This document shows, one piece after another, positions 45,138 to 58,224 of a stretch of 64,000 bases of DNA. The notes under the pieces are model-generated. The model was not told the DNA's origin, searched no databases, and was given only the letters and a program-made list of their open reading frames with translations. The DNA lies in assembly GCA_946965045.2 (NCBI GenBank), contig OX337232.1, forward strand, positions 3,410,001 to 3,474,000. The letters are read 5' to 3'. Numbering within the stretch: position 1 is the stretch's first letter; every line of letters starts with the position of its first letter. A program made the position numbers and the translations under genes. The stretch is from Epithemia pelagica. Taxonomy: Eukaryota; Protista; Bacillariophyta.

Positions 45138-48100
45138 TTAATTGTCTGGTGCTTCTTCGTCCCAGAAGTCTTCTGTCTCAGCAACAGGATTGCTCGCAAG
45201 AGGCGCAGCCTCAACATCTGCTGGTGTTCCGCTATTACTAGTACTGTTCCCCGCAATCGCATTCATCATCTCCTCCACCACTTCCATCCCCCGATCTTGC
45301 CATTCTTGACGATTCTTGAGTGCATAATTCAAACATTCGTCACTCGAAACACCAAACACACCACATTTCTTGAGCTTCTTGGCCAGAGGGATAATGTAGA
45401 AGTCGAAAAAGCCAATTTCGCCTTGGTACCAATTCAAGGACGGATCCGTGTCGGCACGTCCTTCTTGGTAAGCGCGGTAACATTCGTGGAAGAAGTTCTC
45501 ATTCCACTTGCGGTAAATATGCCTGATTTAGTGAATTCGGTATGTCAGAAATGTGCTTCAGTTGATCAGAGGGACAACAAATCAGGCGCAAGGAAAGAAC
45601 TTACCAATGCTGCATAGTGTGGGCCACATCCGAGGCCTGAATCAAGTGCTCAATGACAATGGTTGCCTTTCGGTTGACTGTAGCCAATGGGTCTTCCTCT
45701 CGATATTGATCCGAAAAGGCACTGTCCCATCGAGCATTTCGAAGCACCTTGAGCTCCTTGTCAGCAATATCTGTGGCAAGAACAGCCTGATAACAATCGC
45801 AAACAAATCTCGTTGAGGGTTCCTTCGGTAAAGAGAAGTGCGTCATTTTCCTCTGTTGAGCTTACCTGGACGACAAGTTGACGGAAGCGGGCAAACTCAT
45901 CCTCCGTCGAGTAGATACATGCTCGCAAGTCCTTATATTCATCACTTTGCAACAATTTCCAGGAGAGATCTATGGAGTTCTGTTCGGCCACACTCTTTCC
46001 GCGATAGGCCGAAGCTAAGGATGTGTTTTCTTCGATCAGTACTGTGTTGGGAACGCCAGTATGGTCGACATCATGAATCAATGCCGCAAAGACCAACGAG
46101 AACTGGGTCAAAGGATCGGAGGTGATACCATAAGTGTGATCGTGAAGTGTTGAGTCAATAGTATTTTCGTGTGTTATTTCATCGATGGGAATGTCCGAGT
46201 TCTTTTTGTGAACATACTCAAGGTCCGATGGCATGACAATTCGAGACAAGAGTTTTGTCACGGACATTGTCACATGACAGGCATGCTCAAAACTGTGAAA
46301 GTTGTTGTTCCGGTACAGATTGGCAATGGAGGTGATAAAGGCACGAAGTTGGCTGACGACAGCGTCATTGAGTTCAATTGTAGTGGGATCATCTTGGTTT
46401 CTTGCCGCGTCGGCATCAAATTCTGGCAGCCAAATGATTTCCTTAACCTCGTCCAAACAAATCTTTCCTGGTTGTTGGCTCCACTTGAGACTATTTTGCT
46501 GATGATCCGTTGATAGACCAGTTTGTCCCTGTTTTTCCGCATTGCGTCTTGCTAGAATCTGTTTCAAAAATCGACAGAGTACATCTACCTGCCAATCAAT
46601 CAAACGCATCGTCTTGTTGTCTGTCGAATCCAAAAAGGTGTCATTGACAGAATCCGCAGCCGTCGACAAGTGTGCATTGGATACATCATCTTTAATATGA
46701 AGCCAAAAGGTTTGCATTCGTCCTTTTCCCTTGGCCATGACCATATCCTGACGTGTCTTGACCCAGTGCGCCTTTCCTGCCGCGATCAACAAGTCGGCCG
46801 TTTCCTTGGACATGTGAATGCGATTTCGGCGTCCAGTGCTCTCAATACGGGCCTAATCAATCATCATGGTGTGAGCAAATATAATCAATTTGACTGGAGC
46901 CAAGCAGTCATTGTCATGCCCGATGACTTACCGCTGTGTTGATGGTATCACCAAAGAGTTGGAACCGAGCGCGCTCTCCCCGCAAGACTCCAGCAGTCAC
47001 TGTCCGAATAAAATCATCAACCGAACGAAACCAAGTTAGTCCAGGCTTTAATTCCCAGCCTACAAGAAACGCTCTTACTACGTACCGCTTCCGCTGTGAA
47101 GTCCAATCCGGACACCGAGGTCACCCGTATCAGGTCCCAAGGTCATTTCCAAACGTTTGACCACCTCTTGCGTGGTCAACAAGGCATCCATGGCAAATCG
47201 TGCCATGACAACCGCATGGTCTTTGCGCTTCTCCGGGAGTCCAGCAACCGCCACATAGCAGTCACCCACTGTTTCGACCTTGAAGACTCGTCGTTTCTGT
47301 GCCAGGCGATCGAGTGCGGAAAAGACATTTTCCAACAGGGTAAAGACTTGTGTCGGCTCGCGCATGGACGACCAGGCGGTAAAGTCGGTAATATCGGCAA
47401 ACATGATGGTGGTTTCCAAAAACAAATCGGCAATCGGTGTATCAATTCCTCCTTCATTGTCCATGGTTCCATCATCCAAAAAGTTTTGCAGCTTGCCCAT
47501 GTGCGACGTCATGTGGTGACGATTCTTATTCGACGGGGCTGGCTGATCCAAGAGTCGGTCTCGAATATTGCTGGGAAAGAGCGATGACACGAGTGCGTTG
47601 GATTTGGCCGCATTGGCCACCACCTTGGTATTTCGTTTCCGTTGAAACATATCGTAGGCTAAGAACGCGGCCACCATGGACAAAAAGACTGCTCCCACCA
47701 CCACCGTCAAGTAGATGGGGCTGGAGGTTTTATAATCGTCTTCAAACTCTTGCGAAGGATAAATGTTGACCGTGTAAATACATGCACCGGCTTGCTTGGC
47801 CACATCCAAACCGTTTTCGTAGGTATTGAAATCGGCAGACAGCTTGTAGGAATCGTAATCTGGTTCATGAAGATCTCCACTGCCCATGTAGCGTGCGGTT
47901 TTGCCTTGGATTTCCCATGTCGCCGTATCGTTGCAGGTGTTTTCCAGCACCAAATGAATTCCACGCACATTGTCCGGAAGAATATCGGAAAAGTAGACAT
48001 TCCACCGCAACAGGATGAGCAGTTGGCCCACAAATTTCTTGGAATCATTGTCAAACGAGTTAAAGAGAGGTTGGAAGTAAAATGACTGAGGCTCAAAGCT

Positions 48101-49008
48101 TTCAGACGGGTAAAGCTGATCCATGAATCGTTTGCTGAGAACATCCCCCACCACACCTTCATTGAGCGATCTCATGATATCGTAATCGGATTTCACCCAA
48201 TCAAGTGACAATGTATTCAGATTCATGATGGAAGTGGCAGGAATGGGATCGACTTGCCAAGCGGTAAGAAACGGACCAGTTGCGTTTGGGTCGTACAGGG
48301 CCGGCTGACTGTTTTGAAAGTACCACAAATCGGGCATAAAGGGTGTGCCAGTGTACCAATCGAGATTGGAAAACACATGCATCCTCCAAAGGCTCCGTTC
48401 TTGTTGCTCGACCAAGGGCTGCAACAGAAATCCGACCGAACTGGTCTGTCGACGGAGATTTTGCGCATGAACTTGAAAATCGGGGATGGTCACAAAGGGC
48501 CAGTCGGATTCTCCCTGATTGACCGAAGTTGTGACCTGATCCGCAAAGTCCTGGCAGCTGGTACGAATGGTGGACGCACTAAAGGTTGACGACTCCAGCA
48601 ATGTGGTGGCAAATTGTTTGAACTGAAAATGCAATACAGTATGAGATCATGCATAGAACAGAGAAGAAGGGTCTCGTGGCTCAATCGATTTGAGAAACTT
48701 ACTGAATCTTCAAAGTCATCTTCTTCTTCATTGGAGAGAAATATGTAGGTGGCACCCGTCACAACCCCTCCCACCAACAGCATGGCAATAATGACAACCC
48801 ATCGCCAGTTGCGCACAACTTTGGTTTCTTCACGAATAATCTTCTTGATTTCCTCGACTTCATCTCGAGAATTGGAGGTCGTAGACAAGCGGTTGGTTTC
48901 GTCATCATCATCCTCCTCCTCCATGTCCTCTCCTCCTTCCTGCTGCTCCTCCTTCTTCTTCTTGTCCAGAGGGTTATCCACAAGATACGCTTCACTTGTA
49001 GCTGTCAT
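45138..49008 (-). CDS. Receptor cyclase-phosphodiesterase fusion, copy D (6 exons)
   Basis: Same motifs and intron positions; ATG at MTATSEAY. Confidence 0.88.
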
Positions 49009-49843
49009 GGTTGAAACCAAGTGTGGGATCAAACGCAGAGGTGATTTTTGGTAGCCCGGTTTTGGAATTTATGATAACAATAATACTCATATGTATATAT
49101 TGATGCTCGTATTTCCCCGAAACAACCGGAAAAGGAGAGAAAGGGAATATGTACAATAATTCTCATAACAGCCCCTACTCTCGAAGAAATCGGTCAGTCA
49201 TCGCACCCAACTACTTTCCAAAGGTTTCCTCATAGGATTTGGGGGAAAAAGGCGGAAGTGCGTACGTGACACATGATTGGGTATCTCCAGACGGTCCCCC
49301 GCGGTGCGATGGTTTCGCCTCTCTCTCACTTTTTCCGCTTCTACTCGGATTTATTAATGTGGTGTCGTTCCACGGATCCAAAAGTTCCAGTGAGCTGCCG
49401 AGATTGCTCCTTGTTCCCCGTTCTCCGTTCGTGTTCGTGCAATGTAACTCTCTAACAGAATCACGATCACCCACAATACTCGTAGTAGTAGTCAAGAAAT
49501 TTCTCCTTTTGTTTCTCCAGTAATTCAATCTCCTCTTTATTTCTCGGTTCCAACAAGCGAACCTCTCATGATGAAAAGAAGGTCACGATCGGATCGCGAA
49601 TACCTGCAGACATAAACTGTTGCTTCCCTAGACATCATCCGACCACGACACAAGACAGACCAAGAATCATCTTCCCAATCCAAAAAAAAGAAACCAATTC
49701 AGTAGAGCGACCAGGGACGACAAGACCACACACCTTGAGACCGAACTACCAGATAAGATAGAACACAAGTCGAAAAGAAGAAATTCCCATTGTCTACTAT
49801 AAAATAGCTTAATTGATTGTTCGTTAAAATCCCATTTGAACGC

Positions 49844-52800
49844 TCAGCAAGACCGTCTCTCGGGTGCATCCTCGTCCCAAAAATCTTCAGTATCAACCTC
49901 CGCCACAGGATGGATCTCCATAGGCGATGTCTGACCCTCTACTTGTGTTCCGCTATTACTAGTACTGTTCCCCGCAATCGCATTCATCATTTCCTCAACG
50001 ACTTCCTTGCCCCGATCCTGCCATTCTTGACGATTCTTGAGTGCATAATTCAAACATTCGTCACTCGAAACACCAAACACACCACATTTCTTGAGCTTCT
50101 TGGCCAAGGGAATAATGTAAAAGTCGAAAAAGCCAATTTCGCCCTGATACCAATTCAACGACGGATCCGTGTCGGCCCGTCCTTCTTGGTAAGCACGGTA
50201 ACATTCGTGGAAGAAATTCTCATTCCACTTGCGGTAAATATGCCTGTATAGATGTATCATTGGGTTGGAATGAGAGAGAACGGAGAGGATGGTACGAAGG
50301 CACGGCATGAACGAAGGATGGTAACGTACCAATGCTGCATTGTATGGGCGACATCCGACGCCTGAATCAAGTGCTCAATCACAATGGTCGCCTTTCGGTT
50401 CACTGTAGCCAATGGGTCCTCTGCTTGATGTTGGTCGGCAAAGGCACTGTCCCAACGAGCATTGCGAAGGACCTTGAGCTCCTTGTCAGCAATATCTGTG
50501 GCAAGCACAGCCTGAGAATTACAAACGAGCACAACACGATTGAGGATTTCGATTGACACAGGACAATAAAGGGGGTCTTCCGGCAATTGTTCATCTTATA
50601 CGTACCTGTACGACAAGTTGACGGAAGCGAGCAAACTCATCTTGCGTCGAGTAGATACATGCTCGTAAGTCCTTATATTGATCGCTCTGCAACAGTTTCC
50701 AGGAGAGATCAATGGAGTTTTGTTCGGCCACACTCTTTCCGCGATAGGCTGACGCCAATGGGGCATTTTCTTCGATGAGTACAGTGTTTGGGACTCCTGT
50801 ATGGTCCACATCGTGAATCAATGCCGCAAAGACCAACGAGAACTGTGTCAACGGGTCTGAGGTGATACCATAAGTATGGTCATGAAGGGTCGACTCAATG
50901 GTATGCTCTTGCACCGGCTCGGTCGCAACGCCGCTGTTGCTGTCCCGTTTCCGAACGTATTCCAGATCGGATGGCATGATAATGCGAGACAAGAGTTTGG
51001 TCACGGACATTGTCACATGACAGGCATGTTCAAAACTGTGAAAGTTGTTGTTCCGGTACAGGTTGGCAATTGAGGTGATAAAGGCACGAAGTTGATTGAC
51101 GACCGCGTCGTCTAGTTCGACCATGAGCGGGTCATCTTGGTTTCTTGCCGCGTCGGCATCAAATTCTGGCAGCCAAATGATTTCCTTGACTTCGTCCAAA
51201 CAAATCTTGCCAGGCTGCTGCGTCCACTCCAGATTCTTGTCGAGAGAATCATTCGGTGCATTCGGGTGCACTTGTTTCTCGGCAGTGCGTCGTGCTAGAA
51301 TTTGCTTCAAAAAGCGACTTAGGACATCGACTTGCCAATCAATCAAACGTATCGTCTTGTTGTCTGTCGAATCCAGGAAGGTGTCATTGGCAGAATCCGC
51401 AGCCGTCGACAAGTGTGCATTGGATACATCGTCTTTAATATGAAGCCAAAAGGTTTGCATTTGACCTTTACCCTTGGCCATGACTATATCCTGACGTGCC
51501 TTGACCCAGTGTGACTTTCCGGCAGCGGTCAACAAGTCGGCCGTTTCTTTGGACATGTGAATGCGATTTCGGCGTCCGGTACTTTCAATACGAGCCTGAT
51601 AAAAAAGATGAGAGTTAGAATACTCCAATCGTTTGGATAGGGATACTCTTGCCGAGACAAGATTACACGTACCGTTGTGTTGATGGTATCTCCAAAGAGC
51701 TGGAATCGAGCACGTTCTCCTCGCAGCACACCTGCCGTGACTGTTGACGAAAAAAACAAACACAATATCCAATGAAATGTGAGGAAGGCGTTCCAACAAT
51801 CCCACAACCATGAGAGTGGAACAACAACACTCTGATCTACGTACCACTTCCACTGTGCAAACCAATTCGAACACCGAGGTCACCCGTATCAGGTCCCAAG
51901 GTCATTTCCAAACGTTTGACCACCTCTTGAGTCGTCAACAAGGCATCCATAGCAAATCGTGCCATGACCACGGCATGGTCTTTGCGCTTTTCGGGAAGTC
52001 CAGCAACCGCCACATAGCAATCACCGACCGTCTCGACCTTGAAGACTCGACGTTTCTGGGCGAGACGGTCCAGGGAGCTAAAGACATTTTCCAACAGGGT
52101 AAAGACTTGGGTCGGCTCGCGCATGGACGACCAGGCGGTAAAGTCAGTAATATCGGCAAACATGATGGTCGTTTCCAAAAATAAATCGGCAATCGGTGCG
52201 TTCAGTCCAGCGGCGGCATCTTCGTCCATGATTCCACCATCCAACAAATTTTGCAGTTTGCCCATGTGCGACGTCATTTGATGATTCTTCTTGTTATTGT
52301 TGGCCGGCTGATCCATGAGTCGGTCTCGAATATTACTGGGAAAGAGGGATGAGACGAGAGCATTGGATTTGGCCGCATTGGCCACCACCTTGGTATTGCG
52401 CTTGCGTTGAAACAAATCATAGGCCAAAAAGGCGGCCACCATGGACAAAAAGACTGCTCCGACGACCACCGTCAAGTAAATGGGACTGGAGGACTTGTAA
52501 TCGTCTTCAAATTCTTGAGAGGGATATACGTTGACCGTGTAGATACACGCGCCTGCCTTTCGCGCCGCTTCGACATTGTTGTAGGTATTGAAATCGGCCG
52601 AAAGTTTGTAGGAATCATAGGCCGTGTCATGAAGATCGCCACTGCCAATGTAACGAGCGTCCTTGCCTTCGATTTTCCAGGTGGCCGTATTGTTACAGGT
52701 GTTTTCGAGAACAAGATAAATTCCGCGAACGTCATCGGGAAGAATGTCCGAGAAATACACATTCCATCGCAACAAAATGAGGAGTTCTCCGACAACCTTC

Positions 52801-53779
52801 TTGGATTCTTGATCAAACGAGTCAAAGAGGGGCTGGAAATAAAAGGAATCGGGTTCATACTTGTCCGAAGGGTAGAGCAGATCCACAAATTGCTTACTCA
52901 GTACAGAACCCACCACTCCCTCTCCCAGAGTCTCCATGATATTATGAAGAACGACCGAGTCGCTCAAGGAGAAGGAATTAAAGTTGAGCAGTGGCAAGAC
53001 AGGAAGAGGATCGGCCTGCCAAATGGCTAAAAAGGGCCCCGTCGCGTTGCGGTCGTACATGGTGGGTTGACTGCCATTGCCAAAATACCAGACATCGGGG
53101 AAAAAGGCCGATCCATTGTACCAATCGAGATTGGACATGATGTATTGAGACCATTGCATTCGATCTTGAGGTTCCACAATGGGTAGCAGCATGAATCCAA
53201 CCGCACTCGTTTGGCGCCTCAAGTTTTGCGCATGGACATGAAAATCCGGAATGGTCACCAAGGGCCAATCGGTATCCGACTGTCGCACTGTCGTGGTGAT
53301 TTGATCGGCAAAATCCTTGCAACTGGTACGAATGGTGGAGGCACTAAAGGTGGACGATTCCAAAAGCGTCGTTGCAAATTGATTGAACTGAAAACAACAG
53401 CATATGTTAGACGGTTTGTCAGCAAAATTAGAGAGTCCAAACTGCACCAAACAAGAGAGAGAGAAGAACGTACCGAGTCTTCAAACTCGTCTTCTTCTTC
53501 ATTGGCTAGGAAAATGCACGTGAGGGTTGTGACGGCTCCTCCGACCAACAACATGGCAACAATGACAACCCATCGCCAGTTGCGGACAACTTTGGTTTCT
53601 TCACGAATAATCTTTTTGATTTCTTCCACTTCATCTCGAGAATTGGAGGTGGTGGACAAGCGGTTGGTTTCGTCGTCATCCTCCTCCATGTCATCTTCTT
53701 GTATCACGTTACTGTGCTTGTCGTCCAAAGACTTTTCCTGGAGCGGATATTGTTCCGAAACAACAACTTCCTTCACCAT
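49844..53779 (-). CDS. Receptor cyclase-phosphodiesterase fusion, copy E (6 exons)
   Basis: Same motifs and intron positions; ATG at MVKEVVV. Confidence 0.88.
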
Positions 53780-53910
53780 GGTCGAACGTTCCTTGGGTGT
53801 CAAACAGTGTGAATCTCCTGATTGGATTTTTTTCTTTCTTAGAATGGTCTCGCTTCCGAGAAAATGAACTTGAGGCAAAATTGAAGAAATCATGTTGGGT
53901 GCGTGTCTTC

Positions 53911-54070
53911 AAAGACTACGAGCTACCAGTACCCCAGTACGAGTACGATTACTCGTACGAATCCGAACTGCGAATTACGAATACAAAGTTAAAGACTACG
54001 AGCTACCAATACCCCAGTACGAGTACGATTACTCGTACGAATCCGAACTGCGAATTACGAATACAAAGTT
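53911..54070. repeat. Two tandem 80 bp units (one mismatch) upstream of copy E
   Basis: aaagactacgagctacca...gaatacaaagtt twice; each unit contains the hairpin GTACGAGTA-cgat-TACTCGTAC. Confidence 0.9.
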
Positions 54071-54161
54071 CCCCTACACGAAAATAGGAGTTTGCACGGG
54101 ACCTAAAACTACTCTCTTTCTCCCCATCAATGATCCAGTGATGATGCACATACGTTACCTA

Positions 54162-54195
54162 CAAGCTGAGTTCAGGGAGTATGTTCCTGACGTAG
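54162..54195 (+). repeat. Left TIR
   Basis: CAAGCTGAGTTCAGGGAGTATGTTCCTGACGTAG. Confidence 0.9.
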
Positions 54196-54504
54196 ACCCC
54201 TCGTAGATTTAGTACCATAAAATATAATCCTCAATAGCGTTTGGCCTGACTAGTGAATGAAAGTGTCCGACTCGTGACAACCCAGTGTCTGAATAATAAA
54301 TTTTTTCATTCGTACCGCGATGTGTGACAGCTTCCGAACGCTAGAATTCCGTCGAAAATGATGAAAAAACAGTTGTTGTCTAACGACCATGGTGAAGGGC
54401 CATCCCAACCGCAAACGATGTTGCCGAGCTGCATCCGGACGCTTTAGGGTTTACTTGAAACACCCCCAACGGGGCAACATCGTTTGCGGTTGGCATCATC
54501 CTCA

Positions 54505-57500
54505 ATGACACGATCATCGGACCCAACCGACGCAACACAGTCTCGGATGGAACGAAGTTTATCTACGAAAGAGGTTCTTGACGTCTTCAAGACGCGATGC
54601 TCCCCAACCTCGTTTGGATTCTGCGACAAGTGGATCCAAGACACCAACATTGTAGGATACATGAGCACTTGGTTGCCAGGACTGTCAACAACCAGACTGC
54701 ATCTTGTTTTGTCTAAAGATGTTGTCCTTAAACTCTGTTTCGAAGCTGAGACGTCGGAACCAAACAAGTTTGGCTGGTACCGCCACAAAGTCACAATCCA
54801 AAAGAAAAGATACACATTCTTTGATGTAAGCTCCGACACAACAACACGGCCAGTGATATTCGACGATCACCAAGAATGGCTGGAGGCTGCAGAAACGAAC
54901 ACGATTCGGCGGTCGGGACGAGCGAAGCCAACGAAGCGAAGGAACGAAGAGTCACCAGGGTTGCGTGAAGGCACGCTAAATACATCCAAGCAAGCAAGAA
55001 ACACTTCAACTCCACCAGCAATCAAGAGCACTGCAACGCAGCAACATGGTCAACCGCCACAAATTGGAGACAGCCCTACCGAAATGCAAACGTCACCACC
55101 TCACGACAACACAAATCAGGTGCTTGTTGGAGCAATCCAACATCCTGAATTGGCCACAGACGAAATCGGCCATGACCATCCACAGAGTTTGCCGATTGGT
55201 TTTTCAGTTTTCGAGAGTGAGATGATCCAAGGTCTATCGCAACAAATGGAAAGCGCCTATTTTGATGAGCCAAGGAACCGTAGGCTCTTTGCCGGCAAAT
55301 ACGATTCTCCAGGATCGTCAAAACGAAATCTTGAGCGATGGATAGAAACCCTTGAAAGGGCCATTTCCAACGTGGAGGCACTTCCGAATGTGGTTAACAA
55401 GGGAGACATCTTCCCCCTCAACCAGGAACAGCAACAGAGGGTACTGCTCAAGGCAACGTATTTACAACTTTCTTATAAGATAGCGTTGCTTGATATGCCA
55501 CACGGTCGTACATGGCTGAACTGCATAAGCAAAGCCATTAGCAAAATGGAACAGATTTATGGTGAAAAAGTAAAAAAAACATCCCAAGACCATTGCTCGT
55601 TTTCACAGGTACTTTCGGGAAAACGACAGTTTCCCTCATCCCAACTACCACGTTCATATTGGGAAAGAGCCATCGCCCGTCTTATTCGTTCACATACCTG
55701 AAGCAAAGGTAAAGTTTGAATGCTGGGCAAAGGAAAACCTGAGCACTCTTACAACAGAGTCTGCTCTAATGTACCTGAGGACAACATTGCTTCCGGATAT
55801 GCATACCATGATCGTACAAGAGTGCATGGATACGAATGCAACGCCAGTATCGTACGAGGCCTTCTTGGCATCGATGAAGCTTTCCACCATTTCGCAAAGC
55901 ACAGCGTGGCGATGTATTGCTGCTGCAGGGTTCGTGTTCAAGGAACACACGAAAACATACTTCACTGATCGACACGAAAATGCTGAGAATGTTGCCCACA
56001 GAGCTGCTTTTGTCAAGAAGTACTTTAAGTGGGAAGAGCTGTCGTATCGGTGGGTGCAGCTCCCTACCGAGGATGCAATCAAACTTGAAAACGAAGGGAA
56101 TGCGGGCAAGGAGAAGCTCTTGCCAAACAGCTTTGTATTTGAGTACACTGATGTAACAACAGGCAAGTAGATGTGGGAGTACCATGTTGATGCCTTCCCA
56201 AGCGAATTTGAACGGTACATCAAACCAGAAAGCACAATTCACAATGGAAACTTGTCACACAGGTTTCCCTCCGACCGCAAACCTGTCATCCTCATCGGCC
56301 AGGACGAACCGATCTACAAGCAGTTTTCCTTCTCGTCTAAGGCATGGTACACTAAAGATGGCGCAACTAAAATGCTGCCAAAGGATGATGGACATGGGAT
56401 GATGATCAGCGCTGTTGTAAGCCGATCATGGGGCTTCCTTATGAACGGAAACCCGTTGCTTGCTGCGAGTCTATTTCGGATTAATGAACTCCGTCTACAT
56501 GCGACACACAACAAATACGTCTCTACCGAGGCTGCAGTGAACCTCAATGGTCACACTGCCAAGACTCCAATTACCAATGCCCAACCGTTCACTCGCTTTT
56601 TTGAATACGGAGCAGATAAAGAGGGATATTGGAATTATGAATACATGGCCTTGCAGTTGGAGGATATTGTCGATTGCCTCGTGGTCATGTTCCCCGCCCA
56701 TGACTTTGTCTTTTTGTTCGACCAAAGCAGTGGTCATGGAAAACAACAATCCGATGGGTTAAATGCTCTGAACATGAATAACGACTGGGGAGGAGCTGTT
56801 CCCAGCATGCGGGACACACAAATTATTGATCAAGCTTGCCTTGGCCCGTACAACCATGACGACAAACTACGAGTTGGTGACGTACAACACCTCGTCTATC
56901 AGAAGAACGATCGTGGTCCAGTTGCTAAAAAAGGCCATCGTCTCAATGACGCGCAGCGTGTTGCATCGAAGAATACACACCGAACTGGTAGAAAGAAAAA
57001 GCGCAACCTCACAAAGAAGGAGCTCATGGCAAAACTTGTCCGGGTCATGGGACCTGGAATGCAACGTTCATTTCAATCGAAAAATGCTGGTGAACTACAG
57101 GACCTTTGTAAACGCTCCAACATTGCAACGGTGATTGAAGATGATGTGATCGAGGAAGGCTGGATGAATGCTGCAAAAGGGCTCTTTCAAGTGTTATGGG
57201 AGCGGGGGTGGATAGACCCTAACAACATGATCAAGTACGTCAAGACAACCAGAGATGCATTGTTGGAAGCGGATAAGAAGACTGTGAAAGAAGCCTATCA
57301 GGCAGACTACAAAAAGTACTCTATGGTTCATCTGATGAGCGAATGCTCCGATTTCAAGAACGAAAAATCTGCAATGGAGAAGCTGGCGGAAGACTTGTCT
57401 GAACGACATCGTTGCAGGATCGAGATTCTCGTATCGACCAAGTATCACTGTGAAATGGCCGGTGAGGGGATCGAGTATGGCTGGGGTTACTCAAAAAAAG

Positions 57501-57814
57501 TCTTTCGTGCTTTCTCACTGAATGAGAAGAAAGACAAAGCTGCCTTTTTACGATGTTTGACAGCGAGCCTGAAGAAAACAACACCCGAAATCATGCGGAA
57601 AATGTCAGCAAAGGCACGTCGCTATATGCTCGCGTACTTGTTATACGATCAAAATTCCAACAACAGAGACTATGCAGCTGCGGGCCTCTCGTATGCCGAA
57701 ATTGAAAAGATGTCAAAAGCAATCAAGTGTCACCGATCCGCCTTCGACCAAGATCATGGCTTCATCTCACGTCTCTGGAGAGAAACGCAAGGATCTGGTG
57801 CAGTAGAAACCTGA
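54505..57814 (+). pseudogene. DDE transposase (~1100 aa when repaired), IS630/Tc1/mariner-like, with one frameshift and one nonsense codon
   Basis: Motifs ILIGQDE, FLFDQSSGH, GLFQVLWERG and KYHCEMAGEGIEYGWG. One extra A in the A8 run 55572-55579 hides an open frame (HPKTIARFHRYFRENDSFPHPN...); in-frame TAG at 56168-56170. The start position is uncertain. Confidence 0.8.
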
Positions 57815-58224
57815 TCTAATCTCCATTTATCATCAAAATGCATGTAACTTAACTATTTATAACAGCAATCCATTTTATTGAATGTATTTCTTGTCAGTCA
57901 TTGGTATCAATGATCACTTCCGTGTTGCGTGCTCGTGTTGCGTGTTGGCTTATCAGTTTGTAAGTACCTCGAAAATGTGAGAGAGCGAGAAAATGGACGA
58001 TTTTCGGAGCAGACCTCGCGCGAAACACGCCTCCCTCTCCGAAAACGCGCACGCATTGCAAAACTGGCACGCAAATCCTTAAGTAACTCAGCCCACATAC
58101 CAAAACTTCACCGTTTTTTAGTATGTGAGCTCAAGATTTTTTTTGGAATGTGAGCTGAGGGCTGAGGAGAATGCTGCGTTTCGTGTTTCTTGTGTTTCGT
58201 GTTTCGAGTTTTTGCGTTACGACC

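Noticed and set aside
54389-54560. Short frames in the transposon left end that appear conserved with the mini-element (e.g. DVAELHP.ALG)
   Set aside because: Each frame is short or contains stops; conservation can be explained by cis-acting subterminal sequence.
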